A stretch of 64,000 nucleotides of DNA from an uncultured Acidobacteriota bacterium (GCA_963813345.1 CAWEYR010000019.1:41689-105688); one strand, 5' to 3'; positions 21,019 through 33,307 are shown, numbered from the stretch's first letter. Notes: generated by a model from the sequence alone, not told the origin. A program made the numbers and translations.

Positions 21019-22254
21019 CTAATCCGCCCTCAAAGCCTCAATCGGATCGAGCCACGCGGCGCGCCTCGCCGGCCAGATTCCCGAAACAACCCCGACTCCG
21101 CCCGAAACTGTGACGGCAACGATGACAGCAGTCAGAGAAAGATACGTCGGAAAGAAGACTGCCGTCACGAGGCGGCCCGCAAGCCAGGCGAGAATCACCC
21201 CAACAGTGCCTCCAATTGCCGAAAGCATAACCGCTTCGATGAGGAACTGTTTGAGGATGTCGTTTCTGCGCGCGCCCAGGCTTTTGCGAATTCCGATCTC
21301 TTTTGTGCGTTCGGTGACTGACACCAGCATGATGTTCATGATCACAATTCCGCCGACCACAAGCGCTATCGACGGAACGGCGATCGCTACCACGAAAATT
21401 GGACCGAAAATGCGGTCTCTCAGACCGGTAATCGCGTCCGGCGTCATCATCCCGAAGCTGTCCTTTTCGCCATAATGCAACTGTCGCCGCGTTCGCATCA
21501 GCGCGCGGGCCTCATCGACAGCATCCTGAAAGAACTCGTCAGACCTCGACGTCCCCACAAAGTAGAGGCTCCTTTGCCGCACCAGGGAGCCAAAGTTCTT
21601 TGCATATGTGTTGATCGGCACCGTGACAAAGATATCCTGCGGCATGCCGAAGACGGTTCCTTTCGCAGCTGCGATACCAACGACACGATACGGCAGCCCG
21701 TTGATCGAAATCTCCTGATTGAGAGCGCTCCTGCCCGGAAACAGTTTTGTGGCAACCTCAGCCCCAAGGAAGGCCACGGCTGATGCTGAATCGTTTTCCG
21801 GACCGATGAAGTAGCGTCCTTCTGCGATATCCGTATTCTCGATCTCCGCGATGTTTGGAGTTGCACCATCGACGTTGACACGTTCCATGGATTCCGAGCC
21901 GCGCTTGAGGTTTGCCGGCGATCCAAGGGCCTTGGCTCCAAGTTTGTCGATGAGGGTGGCTCGTTCGCGGATATAGTCGAAATCGTCGAACGTCAGGTCT
22001 TTGTTCCTGCGTTGCGCCTCTGCGATCGTGTCGGTGTTTTTCCAGTCGTCAAATGAGAATCTTCTGATGCTGAATGATTTGGCTCCGATTCCAGCTATCT
22101 TTTCGTCGACATAGCGATTGAAACCCTGAATCAGGGACACCACAACGACGACGGCAGTTACGCCGATGATCATACCCAGTAATGTGAGCGCCGATCGAAG
22201 CTTATGTACCCAGATCGCGCTGACAGCTAATCTTATGGTCTCAAAAAATTCCAT
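21019..22254 (-). CDS. MacB-family ABC permease
   Basis: [36 protein letters not shown]. Confidence 0.95.
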   Translation of the reverse strand: MEFFETIRLAVSAIWVHKLRSALTLLGMIIGVTAVVVVVSLIQGFNRYVDEKIAGIGAKSFSIRRFSFDDWKNTDTIAEAQRRNKDLTFDDFDYIRERATLIDKLGAKALGSPANLKRGSESMERVNVDGATPNIAEIENTDIAEGRYFIGPENDSASAVAFLGAEVATKLFPGRSALNQEISINGLPYRVVGIAAAKGTVFGMPQDIFVTVPINTYAKNFGSLVRQRSLYFVGTSRSDEFFQDAVDEARALMRTRRQLHYGEKDSFGMMTPDAITGLRDRIFGPIFVVAIAVPSIALVVGGIVIMNIMLVSVTERTKEIGIRKSLGARRNDILKQFLIEAVMLSAIGGTVGVILAWLAGRLVTAVFFPTYLSLTAVIVAVTVSGGVGVVSGIWPARRAAWLDPIEALRAD

Positions 22255-22440
22255 TGCAGGGCTAAGACGAAATAGCGGAAGGCCTGGCTACGTCTTTTGG
22301 ACGCGGCGTATTCCGGTCTGCACCTATCATGACACCGCGAAGGCCTCTGGTCAAAAGGCGGCGAGGAGTGGTAAACTATTCTGCCTTAAGTTAGTGAAAT
22401 TTGTCACGTAGTCCGTATCGGTGACCAGAAGGAGCAGTAA

Positions 22441-23904
<1,464 letters not shown>

Positions 23905-23910
23905 GGAGGA

Positions 23911-24047
23911 GGGGTCAGGGGTCAGGGGTCGGGGGTCAGGGTATGGAGTTCAAGCTTTAGCTTGCTCTTATGACGAAAGAACTGAACGAACAAGCTAAAG
24001 CTTGAACTCCATACCCTGACCCCTGACCCCTGACCCCCGACCCCTGA
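23911..24047. repeat. Composite hairpin: (GGGGTCA)n + REP-B pair + (TGACCCC)n
   Basis: Heptamer arrays in inverted orientation enclosing GTATGGAGTTCAAGCTTTAGCTTG ... CAAGCTAAAGCTTGAACTCCATAC. Confidence 0.92.
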
Positions 24048-24050
24048 TTT

Positions 24051-24476
24051 ATGGCCGACAAACTCGAACTCGAAATTGTGACTCCTGAGAGACCGGTTCT
24101 TCGTGAGACCGTGGATGAGGTCATTGTGCCGGCGCTCGGTGGAGAACTTGGCATACTGCCCGAACATACACCTTTGATATCGCAGCTGCAGACGGGCGTT
24201 CTGACGTACCGGAAGGGTAATGACAGGAAATCAATTCTGGTCAGTGGTGGGTTTGTAGAGGTTCTTCCCAGTCGCGTTTCGGTGCTCGCAGATATCGCAG
24301 AGCGGCCGGAAGAGATCGATGTCGAGCGAGCAATGCGCGCCCGCGAGCGTGCCGAGAAACGGGTTGCCGCCGGTGCTCAGGGTACTCCGGACATTGACGT
24401 CAAGCGCGCGCAGCTAAAGCTCGAGCGTGCGATCGCGCGAACGGAGTTCGCACAGAAGCAGAAAAGCGCATCATGA
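24051..24476 (+). CDS. atpC: F1 ATP synthase epsilon subunit
   Basis: LEIVTPE, GELGILPEH, SGGFVEV. Confidence 0.98.
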   Translation: MADKLELEIVTPERPVLRETVDEVIVPALGGELGILPEHTPLISQLQTGVLTYRKGNDRKSILVSGGFVEVLPSRVSVLADIAERPEEIDVERAMRARERAEKRVAAGAQGTPDIDVKRAQLKLERAIARTEFAQKQKSAS

Positions 24477-24896
24477 CTTGCTGATCGTGATGCGAACGAC
24501 GGTTCCATCCTTACTGCGATACATCGAAACCCAGAAACTCTCAGCGTTAATCACCTTGCGCGCGGTCTTGGCGCCATTCGCCATCTCTTCAATAGCAGCA
24601 TCGCCGACGACCTCGGTCCATGTAGGCGCTTTTGCAGCATCGAGGTACTGGACCTGAATTGCCTTTACGGCTCCGGCATCGTAATGAATCGTAATTGCCT
24701 CATCGTTTGAAAGATACTCTTCGCGCGCTTCGCTCGAGCCGTCTTCAGCTTTGCCGAGAGCTGCCTTGACGGCATCCTGCTTCATTCCGAGCTTTACGCC
24801 TCGAAACTCCCGAAGCACTTTTCCTTGTGCGAGTGTCTCGATTGCGAGTACTGAAAGCAACGCGAGAACGATGAGCAGTCTCACTGTGGTCTTCAT
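24471..24896 (-). CDS. Hypothetical secreted protein
   Basis: AAGGAG RBS, signal peptide MKTTVRLLIVLALL...ALA, FRGVKLGM. Confidence 0.7.
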   Translation of the reverse strand: MKTTVRLLIVLALLSVLAIETLAQGKVLREFRGVKLGMKQDAVKAALGKAEDGSSEAREEYLSNDEAITIHYDAGAVKAIQVQYLDAAKAPTWTEVVGDAAIEEMANGAKTARKVINAESFWVSMYRSKDGTVVRITISKS

Positions 24897-25105
24897 CGGC
24901 CTAGTCTCCTTCCGCATCGCAGGCTGAGGAGTGAACCCTTCGCGCAGACCGAAGAATACAACGCTGGAGAAATGCGTGCGTGAAGGGCCGCCTTGTACCG
25001 GATGTGAGCGCATGATAACATACTCAAAATTTGTGAGAGAAGGCTTTATTGCAATCTGATCACGCCGTTATAACTCAAACTTTCGAACCTTATGGAGAGG
25101 TGTAG

Positions 25106-25867
25106 TTGATCATCACAGTACTCGGGTCAAACTCCTGGCCCGTACTTTGGCTTCTTCAGGCTCCCGTCACGCAACCCAGCAGCAGTCTCGTCGAACTTAT
25201 CCTTCGCGGCAGCCCGATCGCAAAATTCGTACTTCTTGTACTGCTCATTTTCTCGGTCGTTTCGTGGGCCATCATCTTTACAAAATCACGGACGCTGAAT
25301 CGCGCAGTGCGCCAGTCAGCAGAATTCCTGAAGGTGTTCGAGCGCAGCAACAGAATCGACGATCTATACGTCGCTACCGCTGCGTTCCGCGAGAGTCCGC
25401 TCGCGGCGGTCTACGTTGCCGCGCATGACGAGCTCAAAGCGAGCGCCGGCAACCTCGAAGCTGTTACACGCGCATGTCAAAGTGCAGCTATTGGCGAGAC
25501 ATCGCGACTTGAAAAAAGCCTCGGATGGCTGGCGTCAACCGCGAGCGCTTCTCCATTTATCGGACTCTTCGGCACGGTCATCGGAATCATCCTCAGCTTC
25601 CAAAGTCTGAGTCAGGCTTCGGTGGCTTCGATTCAGGCCGTCGCGCCGGGAATAGCAGATGCGCTGGTAGCCACGGCTGCTGGTATCGCTGCAGCTGTGC
25701 CAGCTGTACTCGCGTACAACCACTATCTCAATCGCATCAAAGTCCTGGCATCAGAAATGGACAGTTTCACCCTGCGACTGCTCAACTTTATTGAAAGAGA
25801 AGGAACAGCACTCTCTCAGATAAGCAGCCGTCCGACGGCGGAGCTGGGAATAGGCAAAGGTGATTGA
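25106..25867 (+). CDS. tolQ: TolQ (MotA/ExbB family)
   Basis: ASASPFIGLFGTV, APGIADALVATA; tol-pal context. Confidence 0.93.
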   Translation: MIITVLGSNSWPVLWLLQAPVTQPSSSLVELILRGSPIAKFVLLVLLIFSVVSWAIIFTKSRTLNRAVRQSAEFLKVFERSNRIDDLYVATAAFRESPLAAVYVAAHDELKASAGNLEAVTRACQSAAIGETSRLEKSLGWLASTASASPFIGLFGTVIGIILSFQSLSQASVASIQAVAPGIADALVATAAGIAAAVPAVLAYNHYLNRIKVLASEMDSFTLRLLNFIEREGTALSQISSRPTAELGIGKGD

Positions 25868-25941
25868 GAATGTGGGACGTCGAGTGCTGAGTCGTGCAAC
25901 CGAAGCTTTCACCTTTCACTCTTTGCCTCGAGATTTGACCT

Positions 25942-26376
25942 ATGGCATTTTCTGCTCGACATGGTCGCACCCAGACGGCACTTTCTGAGATAAACGTCAC
26001 GCCGATGGTGGACGTGATGCTAGTGCTGCTTGTGATCTTCATGATCACGGCGCCAATTCTTCAGACCGGCATTCAAGTCAACCTGCCCAAAACCCGCGAG
26101 GCGCAATCACGCGAAGCGACTCCGGAATCGCTCATCATCACTGTCGACAAGGAAGGGTCAGTCTATCTGAGTGGAGCCGATGAGAGACGTGCGGTCAATG
26201 TCAATGATCTTCCTGCACTGATCAATACACGTCTCGGCAACACCAAAGACAGACGAATCTACGTTCGCGGTGATGGCGAAACTCCGTACCGCGTGATTGC
26301 TTACGTACTCGACCAGGCAAAAAGGGCACAAGCCAATGTCAGCCTGGTTACAGAACCCTCGTTGAAAAAGCAGTAA
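25942..26376 (+). CDS. tolR: TolR (ExbD family)
   Basis: SEINVTPMVDVMLVLLVIFMITAP. Confidence 0.95.
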   Translation: MAFSARHGRTQTALSEINVTPMVDVMLVLLVIFMITAPILQTGIQVNLPKTREAQSREATPESLIITVDKEGSVYLSGADERRAVNVNDLPALINTRLGNTKDRRIYVRGDGETPYRVIAYVLDQAKRAQANVSLVTEPSLKKQ

Positions 26377-26390
26377 AGGAACCGATCGCC

Positions 26391-27242
26391 GTGCGAGCGG
26401 AAGAACTCAAGGCGAATGAGTTGAGACATGGTGTAGCCCTGTCTTCAGTAATGCACGTGCTGCTTCTGGCTGCTGTCGTATTCCTGTTTCGACACCCTTT
26501 GAGCACTGAAATCGTCGCAGCCGGTGAGGGCGCCGGTACCGGAGGCGCTATCGAAGTCGGTGTGATTGCAGCCAGCCAGCTCGGGTTTACGCGACCTGAG
26601 CCCGTAGCTCTGATCGGGGAAAAAGAGAACGAAGAGAACACGAAGGAAGTAGTCACTCGGCGTCCCGATCCACCACGCGATGCCGAAGTGCTGCCTCGAA
26701 AGGAAAAGAAACGCGAGCCGGAGCTAAAAGCAAAAGAGAAGACCGTCGTCACCGACCGCCCGACAGCAACACGATCGGAACAGGTTGTTACTCCGAAACC
26801 GCTCAAGGGAAGCTCGGATAACACGAACGTCACAGTCGGACGTTCCTACGGTACGCCTGTACCCCAGGTAAGTGGAGGAATCGGGATTGCAGCAGGAAGT
26901 GGCGGCGGGACGGGAACAAGCGGAGTGCCTGGCGGGTCTGAGTATGGAAGGCGAATTCAGATGATCCTCAGCCGTAATTACAATCCGCCCCAGATAGCTC
27001 AGGCCAATCAGACTCAGTACGTGATCATCCAGCTAAGGATTTCACGGGATGGTCAGATTCTTTCGCTTTCAGGCGGCCGTGTTGCTTCGCGATACATCAA
27101 ACAAACGAGTGCATTTGATCTGGTAAATCGGGCGGCGGAACGTGCCGTGATCGCATCGAATCCATTGCCGCCCTTTCCCGGAGGCTTTCTCCCGAGCACT
27201 CAGGAGGCGGTAGCCGAGATATGGTTTCGCTATCCAAAATAG
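26391..27242 (+). CDS. tolA: TolA/TonB-like energy transducer
   Basis: SVMH TM motif, charged linker, TonB-C-like RAAERAV..SNPLPPFP. Confidence 0.8.
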   Translation: MRAEELKANELRHGVALSSVMHVLLLAAVVFLFRHPLSTEIVAAGEGAGTGGAIEVGVIAASQLGFTRPEPVALIGEKENEENTKEVVTRRPDPPRDAEVLPRKEKKREPELKAKEKTVVTDRPTATRSEQVVTPKPLKGSSDNTNVTVGRSYGTPVPQVSGGIGIAAGSGGGTGTSGVPGGSEYGRRIQMILSRNYNPPQIAQANQTQYVIIQLRISRDGQILSLSGGRVASRYIKQTSAFDLVNRAAERAVIASNPLPPFPGGFLPSTQEAVAEIWFRYPK

Positions 27243-27253
27243 TACGGAATAGG

Positions 27254-28582
27254 ATGTTGATGAAAACTCTTTCGCAAGTCTTGATTTCGATCGTGATTGT
27301 GACGGTGATTCTGACAGCAGTAGTTGGTGTGCCTGCACGCGCCAGGCTGGAGCCTGGCGCTCCCGGGCAGCAGCAGGGTGAAGATCTGCGCAAGCAGCTC
27401 GGGACGATCATCGTCACACCTGGCAGCGGGCCGGCTTTGGCTGTTGCTGACTTTCAGCCTCGTGCGAGCGGTGTTGGCGCATCGATTGCAACGTTCAACG
27501 AAGTGCTTTGGAACGATCTTAAGTTTGCGGGCGCTGCAAACCTCGTCGGAAAAAGTCTCTATCCGAAGAACCTGGTTGCCGATCCTTCAGCGCTTCAGGT
27601 GAGTGAATGGGTTGGCGAGCCGGTGAAAGCCGACTATGTTGCGTTTGGCAATCTGACAGGCAACAGCGATGCACACGGCTTTCTGTTCGACGTAAAGACT
27701 CAGCAGCAACTCTTGAACGCGCGACTCTCCGGTCCAGCTCGTTCGATGGCGCACGATTTTGCCGATCAGATAATCAAGCTTCTTCTTGGCATCGATGGTA
27801 TTGCGACTTCAAAGATCGCCTATGTCGCCGGCAACGATGTTCATCTCATGGACTACGATGGCTATGGCGGTCGAGGATTCTCGCGTGAAGGCGCGATGAC
27901 TCTTTTCCCGGCGTTCTCGCCCGATGGAAGGAGACTGGCCTACGTTTCATATCGCACCGGTGTCCCGAACATCGTGGTGCGCAGTGAGGACGGATTGATT
28001 GTTGGATCGACGCGTTTTCGGGCGACGACCACCTCGCCTGCAATATCGCCATCAGGTCAGCTGGCATTCAGCTCGAGTAAGGATGGCACTGCCATGGAGA
28101 TATACGTCTCGAACGGTGACGGCACAGGACCGCGACGTCTGACCAATACACGCAACGCCGTCAACATCTCCCCGCGCTGGAATCCGAAGACGGGACGTGA
28201 GATCGCTTTCATTTCGGATCGCGGTGGCGCTCCTCAAATTTATGTGATGGATTCAAGTGGCGGAAATGAGCGGCCCCTGCTCGCACTTGGGGGCCAGATG
28301 GATACGCCCTCGTGGTCGCCCGATGGACGCTTCCTCGCATTTACGTGGGATGGAGGAGGCGGAGGTTTTCAGGTGCATGTTGCCGATATCGGATCGGGAC
28401 AGGTGCTCAGACTAACGAGCCAGGGCCGCAATGAGAGTCCGACGTGGTCACCGGACAGCCGTCATATCGCGTTTCAGTCAAGCAGAACAGGTCGCTGGGA
28501 AATCTGGGCGATGCATATCGATGGAAGCGAACAGCGGCAGTTAACCCGCTCCGGCGGCCGGTCACCGTCGTGGGCAAGATGA
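27254..28582 (+). CDS. tolB: TolB
   Basis: PD40 repeats (FSPDG, WSPDG, WSPDS); context. Confidence 0.93.
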   Translation: MLMKTLSQVLISIVIVTVILTAVVGVPARARLEPGAPGQQQGEDLRKQLGTIIVTPGSGPALAVADFQPRASGVGASIATFNEVLWNDLKFAGAANLVGKSLYPKNLVADPSALQVSEWVGEPVKADYVAFGNLTGNSDAHGFLFDVKTQQQLLNARLSGPARSMAHDFADQIIKLLLGIDGIATSKIAYVAGNDVHLMDYDGYGGRGFSREGAMTLFPAFSPDGRRLAYVSYRTGVPNIVVRSEDGLIVGSTRFRATTTSPAISPSGQLAFSSSKDGTAMEIYVSNGDGTGPRRLTNTRNAVNISPRWNPKTGREIAFISDRGGAPQIYVMDSSGGNERPLLALGGQMDTPSWSPDGRFLAFTWDGGGGGFQVHVADIGSGQVLRLTSQGRNESPTWSPDSRHIAFQSSRTGRWEIWAMHIDGSEQRQLTRSGGRSPSWAR

Positions 28583-28585
28583 GGA

Positions 28586-28722
28586 AGTGGTCAGTGATCA
28601 GGGGTCGGTGGTCAGTGTCGAGTTCAAGCTTTAGCTTGCTCGAATTCACGCGATCGAATTGCAACGCACAAGCTAAAGCTTGAACTCGAACTGACCACTG
28701 ACCACTGACCACCGACCCCTGA
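28586..28722. repeat. Composite hairpin: (GTGGTCA)n + REP-B pair + (TGACCAC)n
   Basis: Direct sequence; same design as 23911-24047. Confidence 0.9.
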
Positions 28723-28741
28723 TTAAGGAGATTTCACAATA

Positions 28742-29713
28742 ATGAAGAAAGCATTGATACTGACTTGCCTTTTCCTCACAGCGGCACTCATCACGGCGTG
28801 CGCGCCTCCGACCGTGAAAATCAAAGTGTCCCGCGACGAAGTCAAGCAGGGTGATCCAGTCACGGTCAGCTGGGAATCAAAGAACGCGAAGGCCGTATCG
28901 CTTAATGGCCAGACGGTAGAAAAGCTTGGCGCGCGAACAATGACGCCTTCCGATACAACGAAGTATGAAGTTGTCGCGAAAAAGGGAAGTAAGGAAGCGA
29001 AGGACAACGCGACGGTCAAGGTCAACAAACCTTCAACCGGCCCGGCGCCGACAGTGACACTTCGAGCGGAACCGACCGCGATCGAGCACGGTCAAAACGC
29101 GAAGCTGCGGTGGGAGACTCAGAACTCGACTTTTGTGTCTATAGAGGGTCTCGGTCAGTTGCCAGCCTCAGGTGAGAGAGAGGTCAGCCCGCGCGTTTCG
29201 ACAACCTACACTGCGACAGCAGTCGGTGATGGAGGAAGGGCAACCGCGAGTGCGCGCATCACGGTGAGTGATCCAGCGGCCGCAGCGGCGGAGCGAGATC
29301 GCACGGTCACCGATGGTGCGATTGCTGCAGTCGCTGCAGAATTTGCGCGAGTAATCCCGAAGGTATTCTTTGATCTCGACAAGTCCGACCTCAAACCGTC
29401 TGAGCAGGAAAAACTGCGTAAGGCAGCCGAGTGGTTGCTTCAGGACCGGAATCGCACGGTAGCGTTTCGTGTCGAAGGAAATTGTGATCCACGCGGAACA
29501 GCCGAATACAATCTTGGTCTTGGCGATCGACGCGCGCGTGCAGTCCGCGATTTCCTGGTGAGCCTTGGCGTCGATACGAATCGTATGGAAGTCATGAGCT
29601 GGGGGATCGAAAAGGCTACAGGCAGAAGTGAAGGATCCACTTCGGCGCCGCCGTCCTGGGCATTTGATCGTCGCGCCGATGTCCTCTATGTTCGAGGTGG
29701 TCAACCCCGATGA
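28742..29713 (+). CDS. pal: Pal-like OmpA-domain lipoprotein with two Ig-like repeats
   Basis: Lipobox ITAC; EGNCDPRGTAEYNLGLGDRRA; position between tolB and cpoB. Confidence 0.88.
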   Translation: MKKALILTCLFLTAALITACAPPTVKIKVSRDEVKQGDPVTVSWESKNAKAVSLNGQTVEKLGARTMTPSDTTKYEVVAKKGSKEAKDNATVKVNKPSTGPAPTVTLRAEPTAIEHGQNAKLRWETQNSTFVSIEGLGQLPASGEREVSPRVSTTYTATAVGDGGRATASARITVSDPAAAAAERDRTVTDGAIAAVAAEFARVIPKVFFDLDKSDLKPSEQEKLRKAAEWLLQDRNRTVAFRVEGNCDPRGTAEYNLGLGDRRARAVRDFLVSLGVDTNRMEVMSWGIEKATGRSEGSTSAPPSWAFDRRADVLYVRGGQPR

Positions 29714-29782
29714 GTTGATGACGTCAACAACGGGGAAACACCATTGTGAGGTGTGAAATGAGAATTAGTTTGCGTTAGACAT

Positions 29783-30682
29783 TTGAGAACGATCGTGGCC
29801 GCCGTTTCTGTTGTTTCTCTTGTTCTTGTTGCGTTCATTCTTGCCCCGAGTACGGCGTTGCCCGTCTCGGCGCAGAATGCACGCGAGCAGAGGATCGACC
29901 GGATGGCGGTCCAGGTCGAGGAGATGAAGACGGAGATGACTATGCTCCAGCGGCAGGTGCAAAGCATGCAGGACACTTTGAACAAGACCTCCGGAGAGAT
30001 GGGCTCGCTGATTACGCAGATGAATGACAATATTTCTGCAATTAGACGGGCGCAGTCAGCAGTTTCAACAAACACCTCGGACAGCGCCACTCAGATGTCG
30101 TCGATAGCCGAACGCATTTCTGGCGCTGATCGAAGGATGGAGCGTTTGTCGGAGCAGTTTGCTCAGCTCAAGAAACTTATTGAAGACATTCCCAAGCAAC
30201 CGGTGCTCGGTCAGGTTACTCCCGGAAATCCCGAGCAGTTGTTTGCCGCGGCTTATGCCGATTACTCGAGGGGGAACTTCGATCTCGCGCTCTCGGAGTT
30301 TCGGCAATACGTTGAAACCTTTCCAGGGTCGGAGCTTTCAGACAACGCTCAATACTGGATCGGCGAGATTCTCTTTGCGCAGCGCAAATTCGCTGAAGCG
30401 GCGAATGAGTTCGAGAAGGTAATGACCGTCAATCCTAAGGGCGACAAAGCACCGGCAGCGCTTTACAAGCGTGGCATGGTGTTGCTCGAAATGGGAAACA
30501 AGCAGACTGGTGTTGAGCAGCTGCTCGCAGTGGTAAAGAACTATCCGAGGACCCCTGAGGCGGGACTCGCAACCCAGCAACTACAGCAGGTGGCTCCTGA
30601 GGCACTCGAACCTCCGGCGCCCGAAGCACCGCCGAAAAAGACTGAGTCACAGCGTTCGAGACCAACGACACGCAAGCCGTAA
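29783..30682 (+). CDS. cpoB: Tol-Pal protein CpoB/YbgF
   Basis: Coiled coil plus TPR (DNAQYWIGE, KAPAALYK). Confidence 0.9.
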   Translation: MRTIVAAVSVVSLVLVAFILAPSTALPVSAQNAREQRIDRMAVQVEEMKTEMTMLQRQVQSMQDTLNKTSGEMGSLITQMNDNISAIRRAQSAVSTNTSDSATQMSSIAERISGADRRMERLSEQFAQLKKLIEDIPKQPVLGQVTPGNPEQLFAAAYADYSRGNFDLALSEFRQYVETFPGSELSDNAQYWIGEILFAQRKFAEAANEFEKVMTVNPKGDKAPAALYKRGMVLLEMGNKQTGVEQLLAVVKNYPRTPEAGLATQQLQQVAPEALEPPAPEAPPKKTESQRSRPTTRKP

Positions 30683-30697
30683 ACTCATCGCATACGC

Positions 30698-31930
30698 ATG
30701 CCAATGCCATCGATCGCCGAGATCAGAAACCACTTTCCATCGCTCTCGCGTCTTCACAATGGTTTCCCGGTTGCCTACTTCGATGGCCCGGGCGGAACGC
30801 AGGTGTCGCGTCATGTGGTCGATGCGATGACCGACTATCTGTTTCATCACAACGCGAACACGCACTGGGACTATCCGACAAGCGCCGAGACGGACGAAAT
30901 CATCGAGCGTGGGCGCGCGGCAATGGCCGATTTCCTGAATGCCCGGCCTTCGGAAATCATCTTTGGTCCGAACATGACTTCGCTCACGTTTCATGTTTCG
31001 CGAGCTCTTGGGAAGGGCTGGGGACCGGATGACGAGATTGTAGTGACCGAGCTCGATCATCACGCCAATGTCGCGCCGTGGAAGCGGCTCGAGTCCGAAC
31101 GCGGAGTCAAGGTACACAAAGCCCGGATGATCCCCGAGACCGGCGAGCTGGACTGGGACGACCTGGCGAGGTTGATTGGAAGCAGGACGCGGCTCGTCGC
31201 TATTGGCGCGGCGTCTAATGCGCTCGGAACAATCAATGATCTTGCACGCGCAGCCGAGCTGGCACGCGCGCGGCGCGCGCTTGTATTTGTGGATGCAGTC
31301 CATTCTGCTCCGCATTCGCTCGTCGACGTGAACGCGATCGACTGCGACTTTCTGGTGTGTTCTCCATACAAGTTTTACGGTCCTCATCAGGGAGTGCTCT
31401 ATGGACGCCAGGCGCTGCTTGAGGAAGTCGACTTTCCAAAGCTCGAGCCTGCACCCGACTCTGCGCCAGAGCGCGGTGAGACGGGCACACAGAATCATGA
31501 AGGGATCGCCGGGAGTGCGGCAGCGGTTGACATGCTTGCTTCGTTTGGCCGCGGTCGCACGCGCCGCGAGAAGCTCGAGTCGACGTTCAGAGAAGTGCAG
31601 GAGCGAGGCGACGAGCTTTTTGAAAGAATGTGGTCGGGGTTAAGCGGAGTGCCGGGCTTGAGACTGTTTGGATTGCCTCCGGGAAGGGTGCGCACGCCGA
31701 CAGTGTCATTTGTTTTGGACGCCGCGCCCTCGGCAGAGGTCGCGAAGCACCTGGCTTCACGTTGGTGTCTTTGTATCGCATGGCGATTTCTATGCGAAGA
31801 CGGTTGTTGAAAGGCTTGGAGTGAGCGAAGTAGGGCTCGTGCGTGCTGGTTGTGCCATTTACACAACTGAAGATGAAGTTGACAGGCTGGTCGATGGAGT
31901 ACAGGCTTTGAGCCATGGAGTGCGCGGCTT
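30698..31930 (+). CDS. Cysteine desulfurase-like class V aminotransferase (frameshift near 31763; 3' end uncertain)
   Basis: YFDGPGGTQV, DHHANVAPW, CSPYKFYGPH, ETGTQNHE. Confidence 0.88.
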
Positions 31931-31994
31931 AGCGCTGCTCTGGTGCACGCTCGGTCTCGCAGACTGGCAGCTCCCAGCGCGGTACTCCAGTACC

Positions 31995-33254
31995 TTATTG
32001 CCTAAGTTTTCCTTTCGTTTGATTGATGCTTGCATCGAGCCAGCCGCGTTCGTTGCTGTTTCGGCATCTCCGCCTAAGTTCCTCTAGCGCTTTCAGTCGC
32101 GCCTCGAGGGCTCCTCTGTGTCCCGGACTGGCTGCGAGTGCGGCATCGCTCAGGTGAAGCGACTCGACGGGATTCCGATCGATTCGTTCGAGTGCAACCT
32201 TGACCACGGCGTCCGGTCCTCCTGACATCTTGACCAGATCGGGAAAGACTGAGGCCACCGGCGTCTCATACATTGTCGCGGGATTCAGATCGTACCATCC
32301 GGCATAACCCTCGTAGATTCCACGCACCGACCAGGTAAGCTTCCCATAACTCTCACCGACATCCAGTTCCTTTGGAAGCTTGACCTCACGCATCAGCGTG
32401 AAGACGTCCTTGCCTGCATTCATTCCTTTGACCGTCTCGTCGTGGACGTATTGAATGGCATCCCGATAACGCGTGAGCTTTCTTGTAATCTCCGCGTTTC
32501 CGCGAATGGGCGTCCCGTGACTTGGCAGCAGAATCTCAGGCTTGAGCGCGAGGACCTTGTCGATCGACCTGACATACTCGAGTGCCCATCGTGGTTGTGT
32601 TCCGCGGAGCGTGTAAATGTTTGGAAACGACTCGTAGAAGTTGTCCCCGACGAACGCGGCCTTGAGCTGCGGTATCCACACCGTCAGGTGATCAGGAGTT
32701 TCACCGGGAGTGTGAAAAAGCTCAAATTTCATTGCACCGAGCTCGAACTCATAACGATCGTCAAAAAGAATCGTCGCGAGCACCCTGCCACCCGCGTTGC
32801 CCGGCCACGGACCGGGAGTCTGTCTCTGCAGCGAGAACTGCGCCGCATTTCGATCAGCAAAGAACGCGTTCAGTCGCGCCTGATAGTGTACGAAGTCGAC
32901 GTGATTCTTCTGCGCGATTACCTGAGTTCCCTCCTCCTTCAAGGCACTGACGCCGCCAATATGATCTCCGTGAGCATGAGTCAGAATGATGTACTTGACG
33001 GGTCCAGTCATCTCGGCCTGCAGCAAACGCTTGTGCCGCGTCGCGTTGAACGCGATCGAGGTATCGATGATGACGCTGCCGGCAGGGGTGGTCACAAGGT
33101 ACGAGTTACCAAAGCCGATCGCCTGGTAAATCGAATCGGCTACCTTGACTGCTTTTGTCTGATCCTGACCATTCCGAAGCAGCGTCTGCGGGTTGTCGGG
33201 AACCGGATCCTGAATGAACGCAATGAGTAAGAGTACGTAAGAGAGAGATTTCAT
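31995..33254 (-). CDS. Metallo-beta-lactamase-fold alkyl sulfatase-like hydrolase
   Basis: THAHGDH, PGETPDH, FPNIYTLRG, PSHG. Confidence 0.9.
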   Translation of the reverse strand: MKSLSYVLLLIAFIQDPVPDNPQTLLRNGQDQTKAVKVADSIYQAIGFGNSYLVTTPAGSVIIDTSIAFNATRHKRLLQAEMTGPVKYIILTHAHGDHIGGVSALKEEGTQVIAQKNHVDFVHYQARLNAFFADRNAAQFSLQRQTPGPWPGNAGGRVLATILFDDRYEFELGAMKFELFHTPGETPDHLTVWIPQLKAAFVGDNFYESFPNIYTLRGTQPRWALEYVRSIDKVLALKPEILLPSHGTPIRGNAEITRKLTRYRDAIQYVHDETVKGMNAGKDVFTLMREVKLPKELDVGESYGKLTWSVRGIYEGYAGWYDLNPATMYETPVASVFPDLVKMSGGPDAVVKVALERIDRNPVESLHLSDAALAASPGHRGALEARLKALEELRRRCRNSNERGWLDASINQTKGKLRQ

Positions 33255-33283
33255 CGTAGCTCCTTTGTCTCGCCGGGAAGATT

Positions 33284-33307
33284 CCGCCTGAAGGCGGTAC
33301 AACGTAC
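33284..33307 (-). repeat. REP family A unit
   Basis: CCGCCTGAAGGCGGTACAACGTAC. Confidence 0.9.

Noticed and set aside
19733-22254. Two MacB-type permeases without ATPase or adaptor as a novel system
   Set aside because: Tandem permease pairs with partners encoded elsewhere are common; nothing distinctive in the sequence
24936-24987. Hairpin CCCTTCGCGCA/TGCGTGAAGGG as a riboswitch for the 24896 gene
   Set aside because: No known aptamer motif, and its one wobble pair favours the opposite strand
31915-32087. Long C-terminal extension of the desulfurase-like protein overlapping the sulfatase
   Set aside because: Family similarity ends near 31910. The following DNA looks like a degenerate TGGAGTGC...GTACTCCA repeat of doubtful quality, so the true stop cannot be placed
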